Assembly (NCBI GenBank): GCA_023249635.1
Contig: JAHFCH010000011.1
Span: 671-64,670 of the forward strand
Length of the DNA stretch: 64,000 nucleotides
DNA from: Fibrobacterota bacterium
Lineage (GTDB): Bacteria > Fibrobacterota > Fibrobacteria > UBA11236
Reading direction: 5' to 3'
In this document: positions 36,695-46,871 of the stretch, piece after piece
Numbering within the stretch: position 1 is the first letter of the stretch
Layout: each line of letters opens with the position of its first letter
The notes under the pieces: generated by a model
Databases searched by the model: none
The model's input: only the letters and a program-made list of their open reading frames with translations
Told to the model about the DNA's origin: nothing
Position numbers and translations under genes: made by a program

Positions 36695-37876
36695 TCAATA
36701 TTGCGCCATGGATGGCCTGCCCGCCAATACCCCGCGTACGGTTTCGGCCACCACGCCGGCTTCCATCTGGCGTAGGCAGGAAAAGTGACCGCAGGGAGGC
36801 ATGGAACCCAGGTAATAGCAGGGACGGCAGGGGATATCCTCGAGGAAAACCGGAGTGGAGGTGAGGGGGTTCCACTTGCGCGGATCCGTCGGTCCGAACA
36901 GGGTTACCGTGGGAACCCCGCAGGCCGCCGCCAGGTGCAAAGTTCCCGTATCGTTTCCGACCACCAGATCGCAGGTAGCCACTTCCCGCATCAGCCCCGC
37001 GTAATCGAGCCGCCCGGTGGTATCGGTCAAAGGGCCTTCCGCTTTGGCGGCGATGCGATCGGCTTCCACCCGCTCCCCGGGCGCTCCCAGCAGGACGAAC
37101 TCGTGGCCGTCCCTGGCCAAAAGGGTGATCAGTTCCGCGTACTTTTCCCACGGCCACTTCTTCTGCGGCCAATTGAAAGACGACCCGAAGACGATGCCGA
37201 TGCGCGCTTTGCGACCCAAGGGTGCCGAAGCCGCACGCGGAGACCCGGCGACGGCGGGATTGTCGTTTTCCGCTGAGCGGGGATACAGCGGCGGGGGATT
37301 GGAGGAGGGAATGTCCATCCCCAAAACGCGATAGAAGCATTGCCACTCCGGCATATGCCGGGGCAGGGGCACTTCGAAGTCGTGATGCTTGGGTAGCGCG
37401 CCTTCCACCTGGAAGCCGCGCGAAAAAGGGATGCCGATCAGCCGCTTCAGCACCGGCCCGGTGCCGCGGTACAATTCCAGGTCCACGAATTCGGCGTAGC
37501 CGTTCCGGCGCAGGCGCAGGATTTGCCCCAGACAGCGGAACCATAAGCGCGGATCGATCAACTCCAGCAGCAAGCGGCGTCCCGTTACCGGGAGCACGTA
37601 CACAGCGGAGATTTCCGGGGCGCGGCGATACACCTCAGCGATACGGGAGGAGACGAGTACATCCAGGGTCACGCCCGGATGGCGGCGTTTGAACTCACGT
37701 AAGGCGTACAGCGAAACCACCGCGTCGCCCATGCAGCACCATTTGCATATCAGCGCGCGGTGCGCTCCTTCCGGCGCGTTAGGCCGGGTATGCCCGGGAC
37801 CGGGGCGCAACCAGGCCAACACGCCGCGCATTACGAAATGCTCCAGGCTGCGCACCAAGGCGTTGCTGCGGGTCAT
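36695..37876 (-). CDS. Glycosyltransferase family 9 (ADP-heptose:LPS heptosyltransferase-like)
   Basis: C-terminal GT9 signature (VVGNDTGTLHLAAACGVPTVTLFGPTDP). Confidence 0.7.
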   Translation of the reverse strand: MTRSNALVRSLEHFVMRGVLAWLRPGPGHTRPNAPEGAHRALICKWCCMGDAVVSLYALREFKRRHPGVTLDVLVSSRIAEVYRRAPEISAVYVLPVTGRRLLLELIDPRLWFRCLGQILRLRRNGYAEFVDLELYRGTGPVLKRLIGIPFSRGFQVEGALPKHHDFEVPLPRHMPEWQCFYRVLGMDIPSSNPPPLYPRSAENDNPAVAGSPRAASAPLGRKARIGIVFGSSFNWPQKKWPWEKYAELITLLARDGHEFVLLGAPGERVEADRIAAKAEGPLTDTTGRLDYAGLMREVATCDLVVGNDTGTLHLAAACGVPTVTLFGPTDPRKWNPLTSTPVFLEDIPCRPCYYLGSMPPCGHFSCLRQMEAGVVAETVRGVLAGRPSMAQY

Positions 37877-38982
37877 GGGACTGGATCCCCCAGCACACCG
37901 GCTACCGCCGATTGCAGGCCGCGCGCGGCGGCCGCAGGGCCGTATTGGGCATGCGCCTTGAGACGGGCCGACTCCAGGGCTTCGGGCGCCGGGTAGGCCC
38001 GGAAGATGGCGGCCACGGCTTCGGCCATTTGCGCCGGAGTATCCAGGTCGCGCGCCGCCAGGGTGGGGAAGTCTTCGGCCAGGGCCGCGAGATTGCCTGT
38101 GCGGCTGGCCAGCACAGGTAACCCGCAGGATACCCCCTCGATGGCCGCCTTGCCGAATTGTTCCGCCTGACGGGAGTTTTCCCCGGTGGGAAGGATTAGC
38201 AGGGAAGCCCCCGACAGTTCGTCCTCAAGACCGTCGTTGTCCACGTGCCCGCGGAAATCCACGCGAGGGAGCACGCCCAGGCCCAAGGCCAATGCGATCA
38301 GCCGTTCCCTTTCCGGTCCGTCGCCGATGATGCGGAGGCGGTAGCCCGGGAGCAAGGCGATGGCTTCCACCAGCACATCCACGCGCTTAAGGGGGATAAG
38401 CCGGCCCACGTAAGCCAGCGTGCGTCCGGCGGCCTCGGAACTCAAGGGCCGGCGCGCGCGTATCCAAAGGGGGACCACGAATACCGTGCCTGCGAAGCCC
38501 CACTCCCGGATGCGGGCGGCAATCTCCTGGGTGGGCGCGATGCAGGCGCGCGCGGCGGAGAAGGAAGCCAGCAGCAGGCGCGTGAAAGGCCAGGGCAGCC
38601 GCTTGGGCCGGTTTTCCGCGGTATAGAACAGGAAAGGGATGCCCAATTCGCGCGCGGCCAAGGCCACTTGCCGCGTGGCCAGGCACCAGGGTTCTTCCCA
38701 GCAATAGATGGCGTCCGGGCGCAGCCGGCGCAACAATGCGCGCAGCCCTATCCACATGAAAAGGGAATTGCGTCCCGAGCCGAGTACGGGCAGGGGATGC
38801 AGGGACGGGCGTCCGGGACCGCCCGGATATTGCCGCGGGGCATGGTAGACGTGCCCGAGGGATCGGGAATGCCAGTGCGCCGGAAGGATGAGATCGACCT
38901 GGGATCGCCAGCCCCCGAAGGCGAGGCGGTTTTCTTCGGCGGCCAGGGGATGGCCGATGACGGCGATGCGGCGCTCACGCAC
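37873..38982 (-). CDS. Glycosyltransferase family 4 (GT1 superfamily)
   Basis: GT-B C-terminal domain sequence (..EQFGKAAIEGVSCGLPVLASRTG..); 4-nt overlap with the downstream GT9 and 8-nt overlap with the upstream gene. Confidence 0.65.
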   Translation of the reverse strand: MRERRIAVIGHPLAAEENRLAFGGWRSQVDLILPAHWHSRSLGHVYHAPRQYPGGPGRPSLHPLPVLGSGRNSLFMWIGLRALLRRLRPDAIYCWEEPWCLATRQVALAARELGIPFLFYTAENRPKRLPWPFTRLLLASFSAARACIAPTQEIAARIREWGFAGTVFVVPLWIRARRPLSSEAAGRTLAYVGRLIPLKRVDVLVEAIALLPGYRLRIIGDGPERERLIALALGLGVLPRVDFRGHVDNDGLEDELSGASLLILPTGENSRQAEQFGKAAIEGVSCGLPVLASRTGNLAALAEDFPTLAARDLDTPAQMAEAVAAIFRAYPAPEALESARLKAHAQYGPAAAARGLQSAVAGVLGDPVP

Positions 38983-40537
38983 GGGCGCCTCCCGGAAGGA
39001 TCATCGGGCGGCCCGGCAGACCGGGAAGGGCGGCGTCATTCCCGGCGGCCTTCGCGGCTTCGGTCACCGCCTTGGCAGCCAGCTCATCGGCATCCATCTG
39101 GACGCGGGTTTCCCGGTAGAGGCGGCTGATGCAACCCAGGCTGAACCAGAAGAAAATATCGCCCGGCGGAGTATGCAGATGGGTGCCGGTAAGGTTCAGC
39201 ACCGTGATCACGAAAAGGATCGTCACCAACAGGCGCGCGAACTCCACCACTTCCGGATCCTTATGGTGCCCGATGATCTTGAATCCGCGGTAATAGGAGA
39301 CGATCAGGATGAGCAGGAAGACGATGACCCCCGGATAACCGATCTCGCCCAATACCAGGAAGTAGTAGCTATGCGCGTATCCGGTGGTACCCTGGCCTTT
39401 GCCCAGGGGGAAAATCTTTGACATGTACAGGATACCGACCCAGGTCTCCATGCGCTTCTGCACGCTGTACTCTTGCAGCGGATTCGCGAGCGCGGCGGTC
39501 CGGTTCGTGATCATGGTTTCGGTAAGATTCTTGGTCTTGTTGAGTTTCACGCTCAAAGCGGCTTCCCGCTTGAAACTCCCCGCGCCTCCGCCGCCGCCGC
39601 CGCCCTTCGCCGAATATCCGCCGATGCCGCCGACCATCACCAGGATCATGCCGATCTTGAGCCATTTGTTATCTACGCGCAGGAAGACGACGAAAAAGAA
39701 GAATCCCGCGCCGGCGGCAAGCCAATTGGTGCGCACCGTCGCGATCATCAGAGGCGCGATGGAAGCCATGATCAGCAGGATCCCGAACGGTTTGGTCAGC
39801 CTGCCCTTGGTTACGATCCAGTAAACCCCCGAAATAAGGAGCAGGACCATACCGTCCGACATGGCGGCCGGGGAGGCGTAGGTCGAGAAAGGCCGTACCA
39901 CCCCTTCGATGCGCAGGGTGGTGAAGGTGATGGAATCCAGCCACTTCTGCTCGAATCCGAAGAATCCGAACAGGATCTGCTTTACGCCGTACAGGGCCGT
40001 GAAGAACAGCAACCAACAGGCCCAGGTATAGACCTTCTGGGTTTCCTTGAACTCGGTAAGCACGTAACTGCCCGCGAAGAAGAAGAATACGTAGAGCCCA
40101 TTGAACTTGAAGCCGTACAGGCTTTCCTGCAATCCGTTCTGGCTGCCCACGAAAACCTTGATCAGCAGCAGGAAGGTGTATAGGACGATCAGGGTGGAGA
40201 GGAGATCCTTGGAGCGCTCCTTGTTCAGGATCCACAGCAGGATCAGGGCCAGGATAAGCCCGCCCATGACGCCATCGGAAATCAACATCAGGTAATCCAG
40301 GGCGGGACGTTCGCTGATGAGATAGTACATGCGCCGGAACATGGGGATATATAGCGGTAGGCAGAAGAGATAATAGACGCCCACCTTGGGCCATTTCAAG
40401 GTCGGTATCAGGAACAGGCCGATGCAGAACATGGCAGTCTCGGCGCGGGAAGGGATATGCATCAAGCGGTACACGAAACCCAGGCCGAAGAGGGCCATAG
40501 CGGGGATGAATACGAACCAGAATCCGGTCTTCTTCAT
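38975..40537 (-). CDS. Wzy-type polymerase / O-antigen ligase-like multi-TM protein
   Basis: About 12 predicted TM helices, large periplasmic loop, Gly-rich stretch; internal ATG 40537 chosen (ATGA overlap with upstream GT stop) instead of the GC-shadow extension to 41233. Confidence 0.6.
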   Translation of the reverse strand: MKKTGFWFVFIPAMALFGLGFVYRLMHIPSRAETAMFCIGLFLIPTLKWPKVGVYYLFCLPLYIPMFRRMYYLISERPALDYLMLISDGVMGGLILALILLWILNKERSKDLLSTLIVLYTFLLLIKVFVGSQNGLQESLYGFKFNGLYVFFFFAGSYVLTEFKETQKVYTWACWLLFFTALYGVKQILFGFFGFEQKWLDSITFTTLRIEGVVRPFSTYASPAAMSDGMVLLLISGVYWIVTKGRLTKPFGILLIMASIAPLMIATVRTNWLAAGAGFFFFVVFLRVDNKWLKIGMILVMVGGIGGYSAKGGGGGGGAGSFKREAALSVKLNKTKNLTETMITNRTAALANPLQEYSVQKRMETWVGILYMSKIFPLGKGQGTTGYAHSYYFLVLGEIGYPGVIVFLLILIVSYYRGFKIIGHHKDPEVVEFARLLVTILFVITVLNLTGTHLHTPPGDIFFWFSLGCISRLYRETRVQMDADELAAKAVTEAAKAAGNDAALPGLPGRPMILPGGARA

Positions 40538-41631
40538 GCCGGCTCCGCGGCCTTCGCTACCGGCGCCGTGCGCGCCTGGGCCACCTGGTAAAGGTCGAGG
40601 TAAGCGGACGCCACCGTAGCCGGCGCGAAACGGCGCGAGAATTCCCGCGCCTTGCGGACGATTTCCCGCCGCGAATTCACGTCCTTGAGCATGCGCGATA
40701 CGCATTCCCCGGCCTGCTCCGGCGCGGCTACCAGGCCGGTTTCCCCGTCTTTGAGTATGAATTCGCTGCCGGGATGGGGGGCCGTGATTACCAGGCAGGA
40801 ATAGGCCATCGCCTCGATGATGCCGACGCCGAAGCCCTCGTAACTGGAAAGGCACAAGTAAATCCAGCTTTCGCGGTAGAGCGCGATCAGCTCTTCCTGG
40901 GAAAGACGGGTGCGGAAATCCACGCCGCGGAATTCCTCCCGCCGCCGCAAGTCCTCGATCTCGCCTTTGGGCCCGACATAGCTGAGCCGTAGATCGGGAA
41001 TGCCCACACGCAGGCGCTGCCAGATTTCCAGGGCCAGATCGCCGCGTTTGCGCGATTTGCGCGAGCCCAGGTATAGCACGCTGGGGACCCCGGTCTTCTG
41101 GGTCGCGACCGGATCGGGTTGGCCGGGAAGCATGCAGGGGATTACGCGATCGACACCGGTGAGATGCGCGGCCACGTGGGGCGATATGCCAACGGTCAGC
41201 CGGCAGCGGCGCGCCTCGCGGCGTTCCATCCAATAGGATAGCCCTTGCGCCAGCTTTCCCTTGAGGCCGGCGGCATGCTTGAATTCCAGCGCCGCGGTGC
41301 CGTAGAAGGTGCGCACGAAATTCCCGCGGTAACGGAGGAACCCGCCGTCTCCGTGGATATGCACCGCGTCATATCCGTCCATGGGCAGCTTACGGTACCA
41401 GAGCGGGTACCAGAGGCGCTTGAGGAACGGGGCGTAGCGTAGGGCGACGGCCAGACCGGGGAGGCGGATGGGCAAGACGCGGTAGCGCGCATCGGCAGGG
41501 CGGCCGGAATGCGTATACACGGAAACCTCGTGCCCGAGATCGGAAAGGGCGTTGGCCAAGCGATGCACCTGGATGGAAACGCCAGTGAACGAATCCGGAG
41601 GCAAATCGCGATGGAGGAAGAGCAGCTTCAT
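40534..41631 (-). CDS. Glycosyltransferase family 1
   Basis: MKLLFLHRDLPPDSF.. GT4-like N-terminus; E-x7-E C-terminal region (EGFGVGIIEAMAYSCLVI); ATGA-coupled at both ends. Confidence 0.6.
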   Translation of the reverse strand: MKLLFLHRDLPPDSFTGVSIQVHRLANALSDLGHEVSVYTHSGRPADARYRVLPIRLPGLAVALRYAPFLKRLWYPLWYRKLPMDGYDAVHIHGDGGFLRYRGNFVRTFYGTAALEFKHAAGLKGKLAQGLSYWMERREARRCRLTVGISPHVAAHLTGVDRVIPCMLPGQPDPVATQKTGVPSVLYLGSRKSRKRGDLALEIWQRLRVGIPDLRLSYVGPKGEIEDLRRREEFRGVDFRTRLSQEELIALYRESWIYLCLSSYEGFGVGIIEAMAYSCLVITAPHPGSEFILKDGETGLVAAPEQAGECVSRMLKDVNSRREIVRKAREFSRRFAPATVASAYLDLYQVAQARTAPVAKAAEPA

Positions 41632-42743
41632 GTCGCGGCGCTCCCGGTCCCGGCCAGAAACTCCCAGGTGGCGCGCGCCACGGCGGTGGAGGTGAAGCGT
41701 TCTTCGACATTGCGGCGCTGGGCTTCCCGTACCGATTCGGCGTCCGCCAGGGGCAGACGGGATAACAAGGCCGCCAGGGATTCCGCATCCCCTTGGGCGA
41801 AAGTCGCCTGGGGAAACAAGGTCAGTTCGGGGATGAAACCGGAATCGCTGCCTATCGCGATGCATCCGCACAGGATTCCCTCGATGAGGGAGCGGCCGAT
41901 TTGCTCTTTCCAATCGGGCATGGTCAGGGAAGGCAGGATCACGTACTCGGCAGCCTGATACCAGCGCAGCAGTTGATCCGACTCCAAGGCTCCCAGGTGT
42001 CTCCATTGCATGGGCAGGCTGCGGGGAAGGGTCCCGGCCAGCGGTCCATTGCCGGCGGTGAAGACGCGGAGATCAGGGAACAGCGGCAGCACCTGGGCCA
42101 ACAAGGACAGGCCTTTGGATGCAACCATGCTGCCCGCGAAGAATAGCACCGTCTCGTGTTCGCGTATGCCATGCATGCGCCGGAAGGCAGCCCGCGCATC
42201 GGGCGCGGCGGGCAGGAAAAAGGCTTCCGATCCCCACAAGGGAATGACCCGGGTGGGCTTGCGGAACCCGTTGGCCTTGAGTACGGCGTCGGCTTCGCCA
42301 GAAGCGGTAATGCTGCGCGAGATCAGGGCCTGGTTGATGCGGGTGGCCAGGCGGTGGTGCCAACGGTAATATCCCGGGGAACGCAGATTCTGCAAGGCGT
42401 AATTGACGACGCGCACCGGAGGCCAGGCCAAGCGCGCGCACAGGGCGTGCCAGGCCAGACTCGGGCGGTCCATCTCGTCCATCACGTACAGGTAACGTGG
42501 ACGATACGACCACAGGTGCCAGATGAGGGCGGGTACCCAGTACCGCGCGCTGAGCCGCGGCAGATAGGTGACTTCCACGATTTCGCAATCACCCATATTC
42601 GCCCCAGCGGCCGTGAACTCGCGGGAGCCGTGTTTCCAAGTGCGGGGGGAAAGCACGCGCACGTGCGCGTGCCGGGAAAGCTCCAGGAAGAATTGCCGAT
42701 AGGCGGGTACCACGGCCCCGGACCAGAGAATGAGGATCTTCAT
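41628..42743 (-). CDS. Glycosyltransferase family 1
   Basis: MKILILWSG.. start; GT-B C-terminal motifs (..SLIEGILCGCIAIGSDSG..); ATGA-coupled. Confidence 0.55.
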   Translation of the reverse strand: MKILILWSGAVVPAYRQFFLELSRHAHVRVLSPRTWKHGSREFTAAGANMGDCEIVEVTYLPRLSARYWVPALIWHLWSYRPRYLYVMDEMDRPSLAWHALCARLAWPPVRVVNYALQNLRSPGYYRWHHRLATRINQALISRSITASGEADAVLKANGFRKPTRVIPLWGSEAFFLPAAPDARAAFRRMHGIREHETVLFFAGSMVASKGLSLLAQVLPLFPDLRVFTAGNGPLAGTLPRSLPMQWRHLGALESDQLLRWYQAAEYVILPSLTMPDWKEQIGRSLIEGILCGCIAIGSDSGFIPELTLFPQATFAQGDAESLAALLSRLPLADAESVREAQRRNVEERFTSTAVARATWEFLAGTGSAAT

Positions 42744-43669
42744 GGCGCGCGCAGCCTCGCGATATCGCCCCAACGCGCTGCGCATAGCCCCAGGATGCAG
42801 GCCTGTTCCACCGCGGCTACGATGAGTGCCTGGGCCGAAGGCAACAGGGCCCGCGCCCGATCCGCGGCTGAAAGCCCGGGCGCGCCGAAATAACCGAGGC
42901 ATTCCTTGAGGCATGCGGCGGAATACCGGGTGCACCAGGCGGCCAAGGTGCCGCGCGCGTCCGCATGGTAGCGCACGCGCCGGTAGCTGGCGGGATGCTT
43001 CCGGAACAGGAGTATCTCGGCCCGCACCAGCCGATCCTGGGTCGCGTAGGCCAAGCGCAAGGAGCGCCCGAAGCGGCGGGGCAGGTGGGGATGCTCCACC
43101 ACGAGATCGGCGCAGAAAGGGACGGGGCCGCGTTTCTCGAACAAGGTGAGCCCGAGATCGGTATCCTCGCGGAAATTCACGGTGAAGGCTTCATCGAATC
43201 CGCCCAGCGCCACCACCTCGCCCACGCGGAATACCATGTTGGCGGTGGCATAGGTGCCGCCGGTGGGATTGTGCAGGGAGTGGGTGAAAGGCGGCTTCGG
43301 TCCCGGGGACGGGCGCACGGCGCCTTCTACGGCGGGAGCGTCCGCGTAACGGGCGGGGATGCCGGCCAGGGTCTCGAAGTAGCGACGGTCAAGCAGGCAG
43401 TCGGTGTCGGAGAACGCGAGCCAGGGAGTGGGGCTGTTGCGTAGGGCGTGGTTGCGCGCATGGGCCGCGGAGACATGGGGCAAGCGGTGTACGGTCAGCC
43501 GGGGATGTCCGGCTTCCCGCAAAACCTCCGGGGTAACGTCGGTGGAACCGTCGTCCACGACCATCAGCGGCACCAGGTCGGAACCATGCTCGCGCCAGGC
43601 GGCCAGGAAGCGCCGCAGCAACGCGGCCTGGTTGAAGGTGGGCATGGCCAGGGAGATGGCGTCGTTCAT
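42740..43669 (-). CDS. Glycosyltransferase family 2
   Basis: GT-A fold markers: PLMVVDDGSTD (DxD-type), ..AFSDTDC.., ..VNFREDTDLG.. Confidence 0.65.
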   Translation of the reverse strand: MNDAISLAMPTFNQAALLRRFLAAWREHGSDLVPLMVVDDGSTDVTPEVLREAGHPRLTVHRLPHVSAAHARNHALRNSPTPWLAFSDTDCLLDRRYFETLAGIPARYADAPAVEGAVRPSPGPKPPFTHSLHNPTGGTYATANMVFRVGEVVALGGFDEAFTVNFREDTDLGLTLFEKRGPVPFCADLVVEHPHLPRRFGRSLRLAYATQDRLVRAEILLFRKHPASYRRVRYHADARGTLAAWCTRYSAACLKECLGYFGAPGLSAADRARALLPSAQALIVAAVEQACILGLCAARWGDIARLRAP

Positions 43670-44319
43670 ACCGCCCCCCGTCCCAGCAACACGGTGGGGA
43701 TGGTCGCCATGATTATTTCCACGTCGATGGCCAGCGAGGCATGCAGCGCGTAGTACACGTCCAGATCGACCATGTCGTCGAATTTCAGGTTGGAGCGCCC
43801 GCGCACCTGCCAAAGGCCGGTCATGCCCTGGGGCACGGTCATGCGCACCTTTTGGATTTCGTTATACTGGCTCACCTCGCGCAACAGCGGAGGCCGCGGT
43901 CCCACCAGCGACATTTCCCCGCGCAGTACGTTCCAGAACTGGGGCAATTCATCGAGGCTGGTGCGCCGCAGCACCCGTCCCACCCGCGTTATCCTGGGAT
44001 CGTTGCTGATCTTGAAAGTGATGCCTCCGGATTCATTCAGGTTGTCGAGCTCCCATTGCCGTAGATGGGCTCCCACCCGCATGGTGCGGAACTTCAGGAA
44101 CTTGAAGCGGTGGCCGTATTGCCCGACGCGGGTTTGCACGAAGAAGATGGGACCGCGGGAGTCGGCTTTGATGAACGCGACCATGGGGAGGAATACGATG
44201 AACAAGAACATGAGGCCGGCCAATGCGCCGGCGACATCGATGCCGCGTTTCGCGGCGTGGTATACGTTACCCCTGAGGACCCTGCTATCCCAAACGCTTT
44301 TCTTCGAGTTTCGTCCCAT
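43666..44319 (-). CDS. Polyprenyl-phosphate sugar phosphotransferase (bacterial sugar transferase family, WbaP/WcaJ C-terminal-domain type)
   Basis: KRGIDVAGALAGL..SRGPIFFVQTRVG..FKFLKFRTM..DELPQFWNVLRGEMSLVGPRP motifs; single TM. Confidence 0.75.
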   Translation of the reverse strand: MGRNSKKSVWDSRVLRGNVYHAAKRGIDVAGALAGLMFLFIVFLPMVAFIKADSRGPIFFVQTRVGQYGHRFKFLKFRTMRVGAHLRQWELDNLNESGGITFKISNDPRITRVGRVLRRTSLDELPQFWNVLRGEMSLVGPRPPLLREVSQYNEIQKVRMTVPQGMTGLWQVRGRSNLKFDDMVDLDVYYALHASLAIDVEIIMATIPTVLLGRGAV

Positions 44320-45523
44320 AAGTTTGCAACAATCTCCGCGCGCATGCGTCCGGCGCGAACTCGGCTTGGATGCCGGCCGCGACTTGGCGCATTTCCTGCG
44401 GAATCCCGCGATTCCGCAGCCTATATTCTCTTATTTTTACCGCCAGGATTGCGCTGTTTTCGGAGGGGAAGAGCGATCCGCGTTCGGGACGGTCGATGAT
44501 CTCCGGGATGCCACCCACGTCGCTGCCCAACAGAAAACATCCCCGGGAAAGCCCTTCCAGTGCCACGTAGGGGTAGTTCTCCATCAAGGAGGGAATCACG
44601 AGGGCCCCGGCCCAATCGTAATGGGCGAGGATACGGGAATGGTCGCAGGGTCCCGCGTATTCCAGCGCGTAATGGCGGCCTCCCGGGCCCATGGGCTGAT
44701 CGCGGTGGGCCTGAAGGGAACGGATGCATTCCGCATCCGTTTCCCGGGTGGGAGGATACATATGGCCCACCACGCGCAAAGTGAGCCCTTCGGCTTCGGC
44801 GCCCAGCGAGTCCAGGGCCTGCAGTAGAACCTGAAGTCCTTTGCGATGTTCGACGCGTCCCACGAAAAGCAGGTTGCCGGGGGCCTTGGAATCCCAGTCG
44901 ACGGGATCATCCCACAGGGAAAGGGGATTACGGTTGACCACGGCTTCGCGTCCCAGGCCCAGGGTATCGCGCACGTAACCTCCGGCCATATACGCGCTGG
45001 GCGACACCACCAAATCGGCCCGCCGGCAGGCCGATCGCTGGAGCGCCATGATTTTCCGCCGTTCCAGGTAATTGTCCGCGTACCCGTCCAGCCAACTGGA
45101 ATGCACCCGACAGACCACGCGGGGGGATTTGCGGCCCGTCTCCGGGCGCGGAAAGTGGGCACCTTCCCCCATGGTTTCGGGATATTCCCAGGCGTCGAAG
45201 CCGGAAGCATCAAGCGATTCCGAGATGTAACGCGCGGCCGTACGCGCCCAGGTTAGCGCATCGAGATAGTGGGGAAGCGCGCGACGGTACCACGCGCGGT
45301 ACGGGTACCAGAGTTTACCGGCGGGGAAATGGTGGCCCAGCATGGGAACGCGGTGCACGGTAACGCCCATCCGTGAGGTTACCTCGGCATAGGGCCCGTT
45401 GCAGACCACGTGCACTTCATGGCCGGCCCGCGCCAGCAGGCCGGCGGCGGCCGCGGAATACGTGGCGATGCCGCCGACATGGGTCAGGGGAGGGTACTCC
45501 CGGGAGAGGATCCCGATTTTCAC
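44285..45523 (-). CDS. Glycosyltransferase family 1
   Basis: GTG start in a GTGA overlap with the upstream stop; VKIGILSREYPPLTHVGGIATY GT4 N-terminus; C-terminal E-x7-E region. Confidence 0.6.
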   Translation of the reverse strand: MKIGILSREYPPLTHVGGIATYSAAAAGLLARAGHEVHVVCNGPYAEVTSRMGVTVHRVPMLGHHFPAGKLWYPYRAWYRRALPHYLDALTWARTAARYISESLDASGFDAWEYPETMGEGAHFPRPETGRKSPRVVCRVHSSWLDGYADNYLERRKIMALQRSACRRADLVVSPSAYMAGGYVRDTLGLGREAVVNRNPLSLWDDPVDWDSKAPGNLLFVGRVEHRKGLQVLLQALDSLGAEAEGLTLRVVGHMYPPTRETDAECIRSLQAHRDQPMGPGGRHYALEYAGPCDHSRILAHYDWAGALVIPSLMENYPYVALEGLSRGCFLLGSDVGGIPEIIDRPERGSLFPSENSAILAVKIREYRLRNRGIPQEMRQVAAGIQAEFAPDACARRLLQTYGTKLEEKRLG

Positions 45524-46851
45524 CGGGACTCCGGCGCAGACGCGGTTCCGCGGGATTTCCGCCATGCGGCCATCAGGCGCTCCGGAATTTCGAGGCGGCG
45601 TTGGCGTAGCCAGGCGGTCTGGGCGGCGGGGACGCGCGCGTCCAGGCCATCGCAATGCGCGCGCAACGCTTTCAGCCAATCGTCTTCGTCGCCGGGGCGC
45701 GGTGCGAGCGCCCCCGTGGCCTGGGCCACGGCTTTCATCTCGCCCGTGGCCGAGCCGATGCAGGAAAGACCTGCGGACATGGCTTCGAAGTAAACGTAGG
45801 GACTGTTCTCCCACAGCGATGGGACCGCCAGAGCGGTGAAGCGCGCGAAGAGGGCCGGCCGGGCTTCCGGAGCGCACGGCGCTTCCCACGCGAGACGGGC
45901 GCGAATGCCGGGGGCTTGGGAGGCCAGGGCTTCCTTTACCGCCTGGGCATAGGGACCCGAGGCGGATCCACCCACCAGGGTCAGGGACGCGAAGGGGCGC
46001 TCTTCCGCCAAGCGCAGAAAGGCGCGCACGAGCACAAGCACGCCTTTGCGTTCTTCCACGCGGCCCAGGTACAGAAAGCGCGTCGGCAGGATGCTGGCGG
46101 GTACGGACAGGGCCCGTGCGCGTTCCCTGGCTTCCGCGGGATCCGCCGGCGCTGCGCTCCAGCCGCTGCCGGTATTCGGCGGCGGCGGTCGCAGGGTCGG
46201 GGTGGCGACGGCTTCCGTGCGGGCAAGGGCCGCGGCGCGCGCGGATCGCAGCGGTTCCACCAAGTCCGGGATGGCCATTTCGTAGGGTAGGGGATTGGGC
46301 ACGTGCTCCCAACCCCGCAGCCAGGGCATCCGTTCGCGCACGAACTCGGCGGAAGGCGCGGCCAGGAAAGGCGCGCGCGCGAGGCAATCGCGTTCGCGCC
46401 ATTCCGAAAGCCGATCGGAGAGCCTTGCGCGCAGTCCCGTCACGGGCGCATGCGGTACCAGGAACGCGGGAGTATGGATGCGCACCTGGCAGCGTGGCCG
46501 TAAGGCCCGGTTGCGCAAGGCGAAGAAGGCATAACCCTGGAAATCGCAGAACTCGTAAACGCGATCCGGCGCGTCCGCCGCCGCCAACTCCCGTTCCAAC
46601 CAATAGGCGTGCTCCCACATGACATTTTCGCCGTAGAAAAGGCGATAGGCCAGGCCGCGGAACGGGCTGCGGAGCCAGGCACGCCGTCCGATGGGCAACG
46701 CGGTTTCCCCGGAATAGGCGGAGGGATTATGCGTATAGACTTTTCCGGTCATACCTTGCTTCCGGCATAGGTCGAGCGCCAGGCGGATATAGGTGCGGAT
46801 ACCGCCGCCGGCGGCGTCCGGGGGTTCGGGGTCGATGAAGACGAGTTGCAT
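45520..46851 (-). CDS. Glycosyltransferase family 1
   Basis: MQLVFIDPEPPDAAGGGIRTYI.. GT4 N-terminus; ..PSLWENSPYVYFEAMSAGL.. C-terminal core. Confidence 0.55.
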   Translation of the reverse strand: MQLVFIDPEPPDAAGGGIRTYIRLALDLCRKQGMTGKVYTHNPSAYSGETALPIGRRAWLRSPFRGLAYRLFYGENVMWEHAYWLERELAAADAPDRVYEFCDFQGYAFFALRNRALRPRCQVRIHTPAFLVPHAPVTGLRARLSDRLSEWRERDCLARAPFLAAPSAEFVRERMPWLRGWEHVPNPLPYEMAIPDLVEPLRSARAAALARTEAVATPTLRPPPPNTGSGWSAAPADPAEARERARALSVPASILPTRFLYLGRVEERKGVLVLVRAFLRLAEERPFASLTLVGGSASGPYAQAVKEALASQAPGIRARLAWEAPCAPEARPALFARFTALAVPSLWENSPYVYFEAMSAGLSCIGSATGEMKAVAQATGALAPRPGDEDDWLKALRAHCDGLDARVPAAQTAWLRQRRLEIPERLMAAWRKSRGTASAPESR

Positions 46852-46871
46852 GCTGGGGATCCGCTCGGGTT